Shown here: piece after piece, positions 39,517-48,274 of the stretch | Position numbering within the stretch: position 1 is the first letter of the stretch | Layout of the letters: the number at the start of each line of letters is the position of its first letter | From: Deinococcales bacterium | Lineage (GTDB): Bacteria > Deinococcota > Deinococci > Deinococcales > JAAFIG01 | Direction: 5' to 3' | Length of the DNA stretch: 64,000 nt | Assembly: GCA_031414595.1 (NCBI GenBank) | Contig: JANNVX010000098.1 | Location: forward strand, 141,724 to 205,723 | The notes under the pieces: model-generated | Database searches by the model: none | Told to the model about the DNA's origin: nothing | What the model saw: only the letters and a program-made list of their open reading frames with translations | Program-made: the position numbers and the translations under genes

Positions 39517-40338
39517 ATGCAAATCAGTGTCATCACTCCAACACATAACCGAATGGCACTGCTCGAGAAGTTGCTGAATTCACTCGAGCAGCAAACATAT
39601 ACCGATTTTGAAGTGGTGATTGCGGTGGATGGCAGCACCGACGGCACACTGACCTTACTTGAAGTGATCAAGCGCCGTGCCAAATTAAAACTCGAGGTGT
39701 TGGTACTGCCCCAAGGCGGTCAGGCTCGAGCCAGAAATGCCGCCATCAGAGCCGCCAATGGCAAAATTTTACTCTTTGCCGATGATGACCTGACTTTTGC
39801 ACCAGATGTACTGGCGCGTCATGCAGCTTTTCATCAGGTCTTCAAGCAATCTATGGCGATTGGGGCGGTGCAGTATCCAAATGGGAAAATAGATTTTCCA
39901 AATAACCCGAGTTGGATCAATTTTACTGGCATGAATACCAGTTTGCCAAAAAATGTGGCGCTCGAGCAGCATAGTTTTGATGAGGGTTTATCTGGGTATG
40001 GTGGTGAGGATTTAGAATTTGCGCTTCGGCTCGAGAAATCTGGGCTTAAAATCAGGCGTTTGGCAGACACCCTTGCCTTTCATGCGGGTGAACAAATTCG
40101 CAACCCAAAAAAGGCATACTCGGCGGGTTATCAGGCGGTGAAAATCGCTCAGAAGTACGGCGACACGGTTGCTATGCAGCTTGGTGTTCATCCGAGTTTA
40201 CTAGCTGCCAAACAGCTTTTACTGAATCCAATTGGTGATGTTCTCTTAAAGTCCGTATCCGATTATGCCTTTGAACGAGCTTACTTAAATGGCGCACGCG
40301 AGGCTTGGAAAGAAATCCATAATCAAAAATCAAGTTAA
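39517..40338 (+). CDS. Glycosyltransferase family 2
   Basis: SVITPTHNR, DGSTDGT, ARN, FADDD and YGGEDLE motifs. Confidence 0.88.
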   Translation: MQISVITPTHNRMALLEKLLNSLEQQTYTDFEVVIAVDGSTDGTLTLLEVIKRRAKLKLEVLVLPQGGQARARNAAIRAANGKILLFADDDLTFAPDVLARHAAFHQVFKQSMAIGAVQYPNGKIDFPNNPSWINFTGMNTSLPKNVALEQHSFDEGLSGYGGEDLEFALRLEKSGLKIRRLADTLAFHAGEQIRNPKKAYSAGYQAVKIAQKYGDTVAMQLGVHPSLLAAKQLLLNPIGDVLLKSVSDYAFERAYLNGAREAWKEIHNQKSS

Positions 40339-40347
40339 ACTTAGGGC

Positions 40348-41373
40348 ATGTCTGTTCCATTATTTACTCGAGCCATTTCCAATCAACCCCTTTGTTTAGA
40401 AGATGCCGAAGGCTTAATGGGTCTGATTATGGATGGTGAATTATCGGCGGTCAAAACCTCGGCGGTTCTGGCGGCGCTGCGGGTGCGAGGCGAAACTGTG
40501 GGAGAGGTGACGGGTTTTGCCAAAGCCATGCGCTCGAGGGCAGTACATGTTCCCGTAGCCAGTGGCACATTGGTAGATACTTGCGGCACAGGTGGCACTG
40601 GCACAGCCAACTTTAATATTTCCACCGCCAGTGCTTTTGTGGTGGCGGCGGCGGGGGTGCGGGTGGCTAAACATGGCAACCGCACTGCTGGTAGACCATC
40701 GGGTAGCGCCGATGTTCTCGAGGCATTGGGAGTCAAACTCGAGCTTAGCCCTGAGCAAGTCGCCATGGCAATTGAACAAATTGGGATTGGCTTTTTATTT
40801 GCCCGTTCGCATCATCCCGCGATGCGAAATACCGTGCCAGTCCGAGCCGAATTAGGCATTCGCACCGTATTTAACATTTTGGGTCCACTGACCAATCCAG
40901 CCGGAGCAACCCATCAGTTGCTTGGGGTAGCCGATAAAAATATGGTCTTACTGATGGCAAATGTATTACAGCAACTTGGCATTACAGGGGCAATGGTGGT
41001 CTATGGTCAAGCCCCAGATGGCACACGCTACGATGATGTCTGTGTGGCTGGCACAACCCAGATTGCCGAAGTGCGAGGCTCGAGTATCCGTGAGTACACC
41101 ATTTTGCCACAAGACTTAGGACTCGAGTTACACCCAAGCAGTGCTTTACTGGGCGGCGATGCCAGCACCAATGCAACCATCGTTAAAGCTGTTCTGGGTG
41201 GAAACGGTACAACCGCCCAGCGCGATGCCGTCGCCGCCAATGCAGGAGCAGCCCTATACATTGCCGAGGCTGCCAGCAGTCTCGAGACAGGGGTCAGTTT
41301 GGCGTTAGAAATCCTAAAAAACGGTGCGGCACTCCAAAAACTCGAGGCATTGGCGGCTTTTTCACAACGATAA
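40348..41373 (+). CDS. trpD: Anthranilate phosphoribosyltransferase
   Basis: DTCGTGG, FNIST, KHGNR, GSADVLEALG and RTVFNILGPL.NP motifs. Confidence 0.95.
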   Translation: MSVPLFTRAISNQPLCLEDAEGLMGLIMDGELSAVKTSAVLAALRVRGETVGEVTGFAKAMRSRAVHVPVASGTLVDTCGTGGTGTANFNISTASAFVVAAAGVRVAKHGNRTAGRPSGSADVLEALGVKLELSPEQVAMAIEQIGIGFLFARSHHPAMRNTVPVRAELGIRTVFNILGPLTNPAGATHQLLGVADKNMVLLMANVLQQLGITGAMVVYGQAPDGTRYDDVCVAGTTQIAEVRGSSIREYTILPQDLGLELHPSSALLGGDASTNATIVKAVLGGNGTTAQRDAVAANAGAALYIAEAASSLETGVSLALEILKNGAALQKLEALAAFSQR

Positions 41374-41422
41374 GGCGAAAGTCGAAAGGAAAAGACCTTT
41401 TAACCCTCAAAGCTCATAGCTC

Positions 41423-41935
41423 TCAGGCTTTGACCAACAACCTGCGTCGAAACTCAAGGAATGCTTGGGCTGTCACTTCAACATCAGCTAAGGCGCGGTG
41501 GCGATTAGTGGCAACTATTCCCAATCGTGTACAAATCGCATCTAGGTTATGGCGTGATTCGTTTGGAAAGGCTTTTCTGGAAAGTTGCACCGTGCAAGTG
41601 GCTCGAACTGGGGCTTCTAAACCAAGTCGGGCGGCGTTGGCTTTGACAAAACCAATGTCAAAACTGGCATTGTGTGCCACAAGTTGCCTGCCTGCCACAA
41701 ACTCGAGAAAACTCGGTAGTGCTTCTTCGATGCTTGGGGCGTGTTGCACCATGCGGTCGGTGATACCGTTGATTTTAGAAATATAAAAAGGAATGCGGCG
41801 CTTTGGTTGCACCAGTGTTTCAAAAGTTTCTGAGGTGATGATGTCATTTCGCACGACCAATGCACCAATCTCGAGAATTGCATCTCGGTCTGGGCTTAAC
41901 CCCGTGGTCTCGAGGTCAAAAATAACAAATTCCAC
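41423..41935 (-). CDS. DEDDh 3'-5' exonuclease (DnaQ/PolIII epsilon-like)
   Basis: FDLETTG, VAHNASFD, HRALAD motifs; GTG start at 41935, 7 nt after a TAATCT -10 box. Confidence 0.9.
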   Translation of the reverse strand: MEFVIFDLETTGLSPDRDAILEIGALVVRNDIITSETFETLVQPKRRIPFYISKINGITDRMVQHAPSIEEALPSFLEFVAGRQLVAHNASFDIGFVKANAARLGLEAPVRATCTVQLSRKAFPNESRHNLDAICTRLGIVATNRHRALADVEVTAQAFLEFRRRLLVKA

Positions 41936-41960
41936 AGGGTTTAGATTAACACCCTTTGAC
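41873..41960. repeat. ~88 bp direct repeat, copy 1 (promoter and 5' end of exonuclease gene)
   Basis: Matches 42807-42893 with 2 substitutions and a 1 bp indel. Confidence 0.95.
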
Positions 41961-41969
41961 TTGACGTAG

Positions 41970-42005
41970 TTGACAAGCATTTTTGAACTGTTTAGACTGT
42001 TCAAA
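41970..42005 (+). promoter_or_regulatory. TA promoter with overlapping inverted-repeat operator
   Basis: TTGACA (41970)-17 bp-TAGACT (41993); TTTGAAC-N10-GTTCAAA (41982-42005) brackets the -10 box. Confidence 0.8.
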
Positions 42006-42013
42006 CGATATTG

Positions 42014-42424
42014 ATGATTCGGACTAGCCCGCAAATTGTTTACCCTTGGCATCCAGAACGCTTGGATCATAAAAATCCTTTGATTATTGAGGATTTATTG
42101 GTCATGTCGCACAGCAAAAGAATCTGCGCCCAGAAATGCAAGCAGATGATTGGGGATTTATGCGTCAATGGTAAGGAAAGCCGTTACCGTAAACACCTCG
42201 GTGGTGTGTTATGGGAACTTAAAGACCGCACTTCAGATGGGGGAGCGCGAGTGTATTTCTTGCAAAATACACTCAACCAATTCTTTGTTTATCATGCCGA
42301 ATGCAAGAACGAAAACCAAGCCACACAAACACTTTTAAGCGATGGCTTAGCCATTAGAAACGCACTTGCCGCGAAAGTCCCGATTCAGCCCACTTGGTAC
42401 GGCAAAAGAAAGAGGCAATCATGA
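42014..42424 (+). CDS. Putative RelE/HigB (Gp49-like) toxin
   Basis: KHLGGVLWELK....GARVYF pattern; ATGA overlap with downstream HTH gene. Confidence 0.65.
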   Translation: MIRTSPQIVYPWHPERLDHKNPLIIEDLLVMSHSKRICAQKCKQMIGDLCVNGKESRYRKHLGGVLWELKDRTSDGGARVYFLQNTLNQFFVYHAECKNENQATQTLLSDGLAIRNALAAKVPIQPTWYGKRKRQS

Positions 42425-42795
42425 AAAACACCCTACTTGATGAAGTCCAAGCCATGCTTGGAACACCCCCTGTTGATGTCGTTGTTGCCGAAGGCTCGAG
42501 TTTTGTGATTGAGGATTTTGCAACTTTTTCCAGTACCCTCGACCAACTAATTGCAGTTCAAACCGTTGGTGATGGACTGCGCCAAGCCCGTAAACGACGC
42601 AAATTAACCAGCCGCCAATTAGCAAGCCAGCTTGACCTAAGCCAAACACGAATTATGGAAATGGAACGGGCAAACACCGAACTTGAATTAAGAACGGTGG
42701 CTCGAGTCGCAGAAGGTCTTGGTTATCGCCTTAAACTCGAACTTATTCCCAATGATGCCAATGAACCAACCATCAGTGTGACCATGCCAATGTAA
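42421..42795 (+). CDS. XRE-family HTH protein (putative HigA-like antitoxin)
   Basis: LRQARKRRKLTSRQLA..L.LSQTRI..MER..TELELRTVARVAEGLG HTH. Confidence 0.8.
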   Translation: MKNTLLDEVQAMLGTPPVDVVVAEGSSFVIEDFATFSSTLDQLIAVQTVGDGLRQARKRRKLTSRQLASQLDLSQTRIMEMERANTELELRTVARVAEGLGYRLKLELIPNDANEPTISVTMPM

Positions 42796-42806
42796 AAAGT
42801 ATTCTT

Positions 42807-42893
42807 GAGAATTGCATCTCGGTCGGGGCTTAACCCCGTGGTCTCGAGGTCAAAAATAACAGATTCCACAGGGTTTAGATTAACACCTTTGAC
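42807..42893. repeat. ~87 bp direct repeat, copy 2 (truncated exonuclease 5' remnant)
   Basis: Duplicate of 41873-41960, immediately after the S8 peptidase stop on the minus strand. Confidence 0.95.
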
Positions 42894-42902
42894 CGATGAA
42901 CC

Positions 42903-45311
42903 CTACTTGCCGGGGCATTTGGTTGGACCGTTCTCAAGTGTGCCTGTTCTCGAGCAGATGACTTGGGTGACATTATCAAGACTCACTTCGGCGGTGACTG
43001 GTGTATCAAAAGTAAATAATCCCCTAGATTCGCCAAGGTCAGAAACATTGATTGTCCCGTCTGGATTGGTGCTGCTTTCGCGGTAGGCGGTGATGTCGTA
43101 CTGCCCCGGCTCGAGGTTGTCAAAAGCAAAAGCGCCATTTGCACCAACGGGCGTGTCTGGGTAATTCAAACGGGTGCGTTTATCGGCACTTTCGACGCGG
43201 TAAATTCTTAAGAAATACCCAATTGGATTACTGAGGACACTGTTGCCTTGGTTGTAATAGACCCGTTGCTCGAGACTGCGAGTGCCGTACACAAGATTGA
43301 TTCGTCCAGCGAACTGCCCATTGAGTCCGCTTCGGTTGAGATTAACAGTCATGATTTGGGTGGCGTTGGCAGCAAGGGTGGCTGTGCTTGGGCTGATACT
43401 TAAGCCATTTCCGGTGGCACTGATGTTTAGGGTGGCGGCTGTATCGCCGATATTTTGAATTGTAAAGGTAGCTTGGTTTTGACTCGAGCCAAGGTTGATT
43501 TCACTTGGATTGGTTCGCACAATAACTGCCCCAATACTTGGTAAGACAGATGCTTTCTGCATGGCGCTACTTGCATCGAGTAAACCAGCCCCACAACCTT
43601 GGTTACAACGGGTTAAACCAGTTAGACTCGAGCTATCGGTTAAGTACGAACGAATCCGTACCCAATTATTGGGGTTTGCGTCGCGCAGAGCCGCATTTTT
43701 ACTCATCATTAGGGCAATCACACCCGCCACATGCGGCGAAGCCATCGAAGTGCCGTGGTACGAGCCGAAGCCAAAATTCGCACAGGGCGGGGTTGTTCCA
43801 CCAGACGGACTGTAATACTGTCCGACATCACCAGTGCCACACCCCAAAGTGGACAAGACCCCATCTTCGGAGATGTTGCGTTGGGCAAAATCTCCTCCAG
43901 GAGCAACCAAGGCAACGGTTGAACCATAATTCGAGTAGCTGGCTCGAGCCTTATCTGGGGCAAGTGCGCCAACTGGGATGACACCCTGAAGATTGGCAGG
44001 GGTGAACAGCGCTGCATCTATGTTGCTGTTGCCAGCCGCCACAACCACAACGATGCCTTTGGCATTGGCAGCATCCACGGCGGCTTGTAAGACTGGGCTT
44101 GGGGACTGTTCCCCGCCTAAACTCATGTTGATGATGTTGGCAGGGTTTGGATTAACTGGAATTGTGCCAAGCGGAGAACTGCTCATCCCAGCCGCCCAGT
44201 ACACGGCTTTGGCAATATCTTCAATAGAGCCTCCCGAACCATCCAATGCCCGAATTGGTAAAATCTGGGTTTGCCATGCCACACCCGCCACACCAAGGGC
44301 ATTGTTGCTGCAAGCCCCAACTGTGCCAGCTACGTGTGTACCATGAAAACCAGCGTTGGGGTCTGAATCAAAAGCATTATTGTCATTTTGCACAAAATCA
44401 TAACCAGGTAGGATTTTGGGTTTTCCGGGCGCTACTTCACAATTGAAATCTGGGTGTTGCTTGGCGGGGTCGGTCGCATCCCAAAGAATTCCAGAGTCCA
44501 GCACTGCCACAACCACTCCCGCGCCCACATCACTACTGCTCGAGAAACCATCCCAAGTGATGGGTAAGTTCAGCATCCCATAATGCCATTGCTTGGCGTA
44601 CAACGGGTCGTTGGGTGCAGCTTGGGTTTTTAGAATGGTATTTGGTTCGGCACTAAGAACATCAGGGCGTTGGCGTAAACTCGAGACAAATTGTAAGGTT
44701 TCTAGCGCACTTGTGCCTGTCACTCGAGCATTCGCATTTTGCAGTCTGGCTCGAGTCTTGATGCTTGGGGCTTCAAGCACTGCCGTATTGCCTGTAATCC
44801 AAGACTTAACCGCTAGTTCTGCACTTTGTAGGCGCAAAGCACTGCTGGGGTTCTTAAATTGGACGATTGCTTCGCCAAGACGCATCTCAGCTTTTTCATA
44901 ACCACGAAGCGAAGCAAATTGCACCCCCGGACGCACCACACCGCTAATACTCGAGCAGTTCTTGGCTTGGGTATCGGGTAGTAAATTAACCTTAATCGAG
45001 TTGCTTTGCACCACATTCTGCCCATCCGTTATCCGCACCGTAAAAACCACGCTCTGATTGGCTTGGGTGGTGGTTGGGGTTTGTAACCATGTGGCAGTTG
45101 CTCCAAATTTATCAAATGTTCCTGTGGCTGGTGAAGCCTCAAAGGTGTAATTCAAAGCTGCATTTTCGGGGTCTCGAGCCGTGACAGTTAAGTTGACCGA
45201 TTGGCAGGGCGAAACCGTGGTACTCGAGATAACAAAATCATCTAACAAAGGCGGTAAGTTCCGAGTGCAAGAAAGCAGCAAGATAGGCAACAGAAAAATA
45301 ATGCGACGCAT
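42903..45311 (-). CDS. Lipoprotein S8 (subtilisin-like) serine peptidase with Ig-like accessory domains
   Basis: Lipobox LLSC; catalytic VLDSG, HGTHVAG and GTSMASP; AAGN oxyanion motif. Confidence 0.93.
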   Translation of the reverse strand: MRRIIFLLPILLLSCTRNLPPLLDDFVISSTTVSPCQSVNLTVTARDPENAALNYTFEASPATGTFDKFGATATWLQTPTTTQANQSVVFTVRITDGQNVVQSNSIKVNLLPDTQAKNCSSISGVVRPGVQFASLRGYEKAEMRLGEAIVQFKNPSSALRLQSAELAVKSWITGNTAVLEAPSIKTRARLQNANARVTGTSALETLQFVSSLRQRPDVLSAEPNTILKTQAAPNDPLYAKQWHYGMLNLPITWDGFSSSSDVGAGVVVAVLDSGILWDATDPAKQHPDFNCEVAPGKPKILPGYDFVQNDNNAFDSDPNAGFHGTHVAGTVGACSNNALGVAGVAWQTQILPIRALDGSGGSIEDIAKAVYWAAGMSSSPLGTIPVNPNPANIINMSLGGEQSPSPVLQAAVDAANAKGIVVVVAAGNSNIDAALFTPANLQGVIPVGALAPDKARASYSNYGSTVALVAPGGDFAQRNISEDGVLSTLGCGTGDVGQYYSPSGGTTPPCANFGFGSYHGTSMASPHVAGVIALMMSKNAALRDANPNNWVRIRSYLTDSSSLTGLTRCNQGCGAGLLDASSAMQKASVLPSIGAVIVRTNPSEINLGSSQNQATFTIQNIGDTAATLNISATGNGLSISPSTATLAANATQIMTVNLNRSGLNGQFAGRINLVYGTRSLEQRVYYNQGNSVLSNPIGYFLRIYRVESADKRTRLNYPDTPVGANGAFAFDNLEPGQYDITAYRESSTNPDGTINVSDLGESRGLFTFDTPVTAEVSLDNVTQVICSRTGTLENGPTKCPGK

Positions 45312-45401
45312 GACTCAGCGTACCGCAAAAAATGTTTTTGAAGTGAGTGCAAATTCACCTCACCCTTGGTTTGCAACAATGGCAGATGTTACACTCGAGC
45401 T

Positions 45402-46610
45402 ATGACCCAAGACCCAGTGTTTGATTTGATTACCTTAGAGCATGAGCGGCAACGCGACGGCTTAGAACTGATTGCCTCAGAGAATTTTACCAGTGCCGCC
45501 GTGCGTCAAGCTGTCGGCAGCGTTCTGACCAACAAGTATGCCGAAGGCTACCCAGGTAAACGCTGGTACGGTGGCTGCGAAGTCGTGGATAAAATCGAGC
45601 AACTGGCGATTGACCGACTCAAAGAACTCTTTGGGGCAGCTTGGGCAAATGTCCAACCGCATTCTGGCTCGAGTGCCAATATCGCGGTTTACAGTGCGCT
45701 CTTAAAACCCGGCGATACGGTCTTGGGCATGGATTTGAGTCATGGTGGGCATTTAACCCACGGCAGCCCAGTCAATTTTTCTGGCTTAAATTACAAAGTG
45801 GTTGGTTATAAAATCCGTCAAGCCGACGAATTACTGCATATGGAAGATGTTCGGGCGCTGGCACTGGAACACAAACCCAAAATGATTATTTGTGGTGCAA
45901 GTGCCTACTCGAGAACCCTAGATTTTGCGGCTTTCCGTGCTATTGCCGACGAAGTTGGCGCGTACTTAATGGCAGACATTGCTCATATTGCGGGACTGGT
46001 GGCGGCTGGGGTGCATCCTAGTCCAGTGCCACATGCCCATGTGGTCACAAGCACCACCCATAAAACCCTGCGTGGTCCGCGAAGTGGGATTATTTTTTCT
46101 AACGACCTTGAAGTGGCAGCCCTACTTGACCGCAGTATTTTCCCCGGCACGCAGGGTGGTCCACTCGAACATGTGATAGCTGGTAAAGCGATTGCTTTTG
46201 CCGAAGCCTTACAGCCAGAATTCAAGCTGTACTCGAGTCAGATTATTAAAAACGCTCAGGCAATGGTGGCAGCCTTTCAAAAACGCGGCTATAAAGTCTT
46301 GTCGGGCGGCACAGACAATCATTTATTTGTGCTTGACATTCGTCCGCTTGGTCTAAATGGCACAAAAGCCAGTCGGATGCTCGACGCGGCACACATCACC
46401 ATTTCTAAAAGTACCCTGCCATTTGACACCGAAAAAATCATGCACGGTGGCGGAATTCGGATTGGTACACCCGCCATTACCACCCGTGGGATGCTTGAAG
46501 CAGACATGGAAACCGTGGCTGACCTGATAGACCGCACCCTGTGTGGCGCAGACCCAGAAGCCATGAAATTAGAAGTAAAGAATTTTGTCTCGAGATTTGT
46601 GCTGCCTTAA
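45402..46610 (+). CDS. glyA: Serine hydroxymethyltransferase
   Basis: [32 protein letters not shown] and GGTDNHL motifs; TACACT 6 nt before the ATG. Confidence 0.98.
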   Translation: MTQDPVFDLITLEHERQRDGLELIASENFTSAAVRQAVGSVLTNKYAEGYPGKRWYGGCEVVDKIEQLAIDRLKELFGAAWANVQPHSGSSANIAVYSALLKPGDTVLGMDLSHGGHLTHGSPVNFSGLNYKVVGYKIRQADELLHMEDVRALALEHKPKMIICGASAYSRTLDFAAFRAIADEVGAYLMADIAHIAGLVAAGVHPSPVPHAHVVTSTTHKTLRGPRSGIIFSNDLEVAALLDRSIFPGTQGGPLEHVIAGKAIAFAEALQPEFKLYSSQIIKNAQAMVAAFQKRGYKVLSGGTDNHLFVLDIRPLGLNGTKASRMLDAAHITISKSTLPFDTEKIMHGGGIRIGTPAITTRGMLEADMETVADLIDRTLCGADPEAMKLEVKNFVSRFVLP

Positions 46611-46616
46611 ACGGCG

Positions 46617-46834
46617 TTAAAACTTGTCCTGAAATAACTTCCCGATTTGGGAATGGTGTTTTCATTATTCCCAAGCTGGACAGACACAGGGGTCTCTTGA
46701 CCATAAGATGCGGTCGCCTGTCCCTACAAAATTCATGAAACACGTCAGGTAGGGGCGGACCCCTGTGTCCGCCCTGTGACCAATCGTATGTTTTTTGTCT
46801 GGAAATCAGGAAACTATTCTTAGGCAGTTCCTAG
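46617..46834. mobile_element. MITE-like element with imperfect TIRs enclosing a GTAG-type REP doublet
   Basis: Left end TTAAAACTTGTCCTGAAATAACTTCCCGATTT; right end (reverse complement) CTAGGAACTGCCTAAGAATAGTTTCCTGATTT; REPs at 46678-46727 (rc) and 46749-46774. Confidence 0.72.
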
Positions 46835-46844
46835 GTTCATTGCC

Positions 46845-47459
46845 TTAAAGTGCATTCAAAACTCGAGCTTCTAACGCCGATAATTCTTGTTTGGCTCGAG
46901 GAAAAACCCCAAGGGCATCGTGTAACTCGAGGGCAGAAAAGAGGTCGCTCGAGACAACTTCTCCCCACTTTGGCTGGCTACCCCAGAATTCGGCGCGTAA
47001 CATCCATGTGGTTTCTTGTTTATACGCCACGGCATAAGCTGCACCGAGTTCACGCAGCACCGAAAAAGTAGCGGTCTCTGAACGGGCTTGCTCGAGTCGT
47101 ACCACAGGCACTCGAGGGCGCAAGCGCAAAGTGGCACTTTCAATCCGAACACGGTGGCTTAAACTGGCATCTGAACCAATAACAAGGCGTACAGCATCGT
47201 ACCCTGCTACATTCTTGACGACTTTTCCACCAACACTGACCGTACCGTGAGCCGCCGTATAGGTTAGCCCAAGGACATCTTTACGCATTGGTGGCATCTC
47301 GAGCAAGCCAAGCCCGCCAGACAACAACCAATCCTCGAGCGTCAGTGGCAAGCGTGGAGCGCGGTACTGCAAGCCACTTGGCAGGGCAGCCTCGAGTTGT
47401 TCTAGGGTAGTGTCGCCAGATACAATCGCGTATTGGTCTTCGGGGTTTATTTCAATCAT
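46845..47459 (-). CDS. Short FAD-binding oxidoreductase (GlcE-like fragment family)
   Basis: VLGLTY and GGKVVKNVAGYD..RL..GS motifs. Confidence 0.7.
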   Translation of the reverse strand: MIEINPEDQYAIVSGDTTLEQLEAALPSGLQYRAPRLPLTLEDWLLSGGLGLLEMPPMRKDVLGLTYTAAHGTVSVGGKVVKNVAGYDAVRLVIGSDASLSHRVRIESATLRLRPRVPVVRLEQARSETATFSVLRELGAAYAVAYKQETTWMLRAEFWGSQPKWGEVVSSDLFSALELHDALGVFPRAKQELSALEARVLNAL

Positions 47460-47524
47460 GGTCTTAGACTAACCAATTTTCATGACCAGTGCTTTTTGCC
47501 GCTTGATTTGTGCTACAACAAAGC

Positions 47525-48274
47525 ATGAAACGATTTTTATTGGCTGCCCTGACCTTCTCGAGTTTTATGGCACTGATTCCATCTGCGCCGACGGCTGCCA
47601 CAGTCCAAGGCTTACCTTTAATTCGTGAACAAAATAGTTTTTTGGCAACCGCTCGAATAGATTCCCAAAACTTAAAAGTACGGGTTCTCGAGTACAACGC
47701 AGCCTATAGTGGCATCGTCCATGCGTATTTTATTTCTAAGGATTTCAAAAATTATTATTTTCAGTACCCTGACGAAACCGAAAAAGGTTCTTATCTACTA
47801 CCGTTACCACCGATGGAAGCTGGCACTTATGACCTGATTCTCGAAATTACAGGTGGCAACGGTCATGCCCATAACAATCCGCGTTTTGTGCAAGTTTACC
47901 CAGTCAATTTTGAAGTGCTGACCAGCAGCCCAGAACTCGAGCCAATTCGTCGTTTGGCATTAAAAGAAACTGTGCCGAACCTTAAACCAGCAGGACAAGT
48001 CTCGAGTTTTGAACTAACAACCCTGCTAGATGGTGCGCCAGTCGCATGGAATCCGTATTATGTGCATCAGTTTATTCTAAAAACCGATTGGTCATATTTT
48101 AAGCACGATCATCCCAACGCTAAAGAACAGGGGCTTGGTTCAGTGCAGAGCAATTTTACCTTCCCAAGCGCTGGTGAATATGTGTTGTGGCAATTTCTCG
48201 AGACAGGTGTGCGGGTGGCTGGTCAAAAATACAACCCTGTTCTGCGTTACCCAAGTCTGTTTAAGATTAACTAA
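47525..48274 (+). CDS. Secreted hypothetical protein with two His-containing Ig-like halves
   Basis: Signal peptide; VHAYFIS.D / VHQFILK.D repeats; AGTY / AGEY. Confidence 0.55.
   Translation: MKRFLLAALTFSSFMALIPSAPTAATVQGLPLIREQNSFLATARIDSQNLKVRVLEYNAAYSGIVHAYFISKDFKNYYFQYPDETEKGSYLLPLPPMEAGTYDLILEITGGNGHAHNNPRFVQVYPVNFEVLTSSPELEPIRRLALKETVPNLKPAGQVSSFELTTLLDGAPVAWNPYYVHQFILKTDWSYFKHDHPNAKEQGLGSVQSNFTFPSAGEYVLWQFLETGVRVAGQKYNPVLRYPSLFKIN

Noticed and set aside
41936-42070. N-terminal extension of the exonuclease in the ORF track
   Set aside because: It runs through the TA promoter; the leaderless GTG at 41935 fits the family start better.
42805-43086. 93 aa plus-strand ORF
   Set aside because: It is the antisense shadow of the duplicated exonuclease fragment and the S8 peptidase 3' end.
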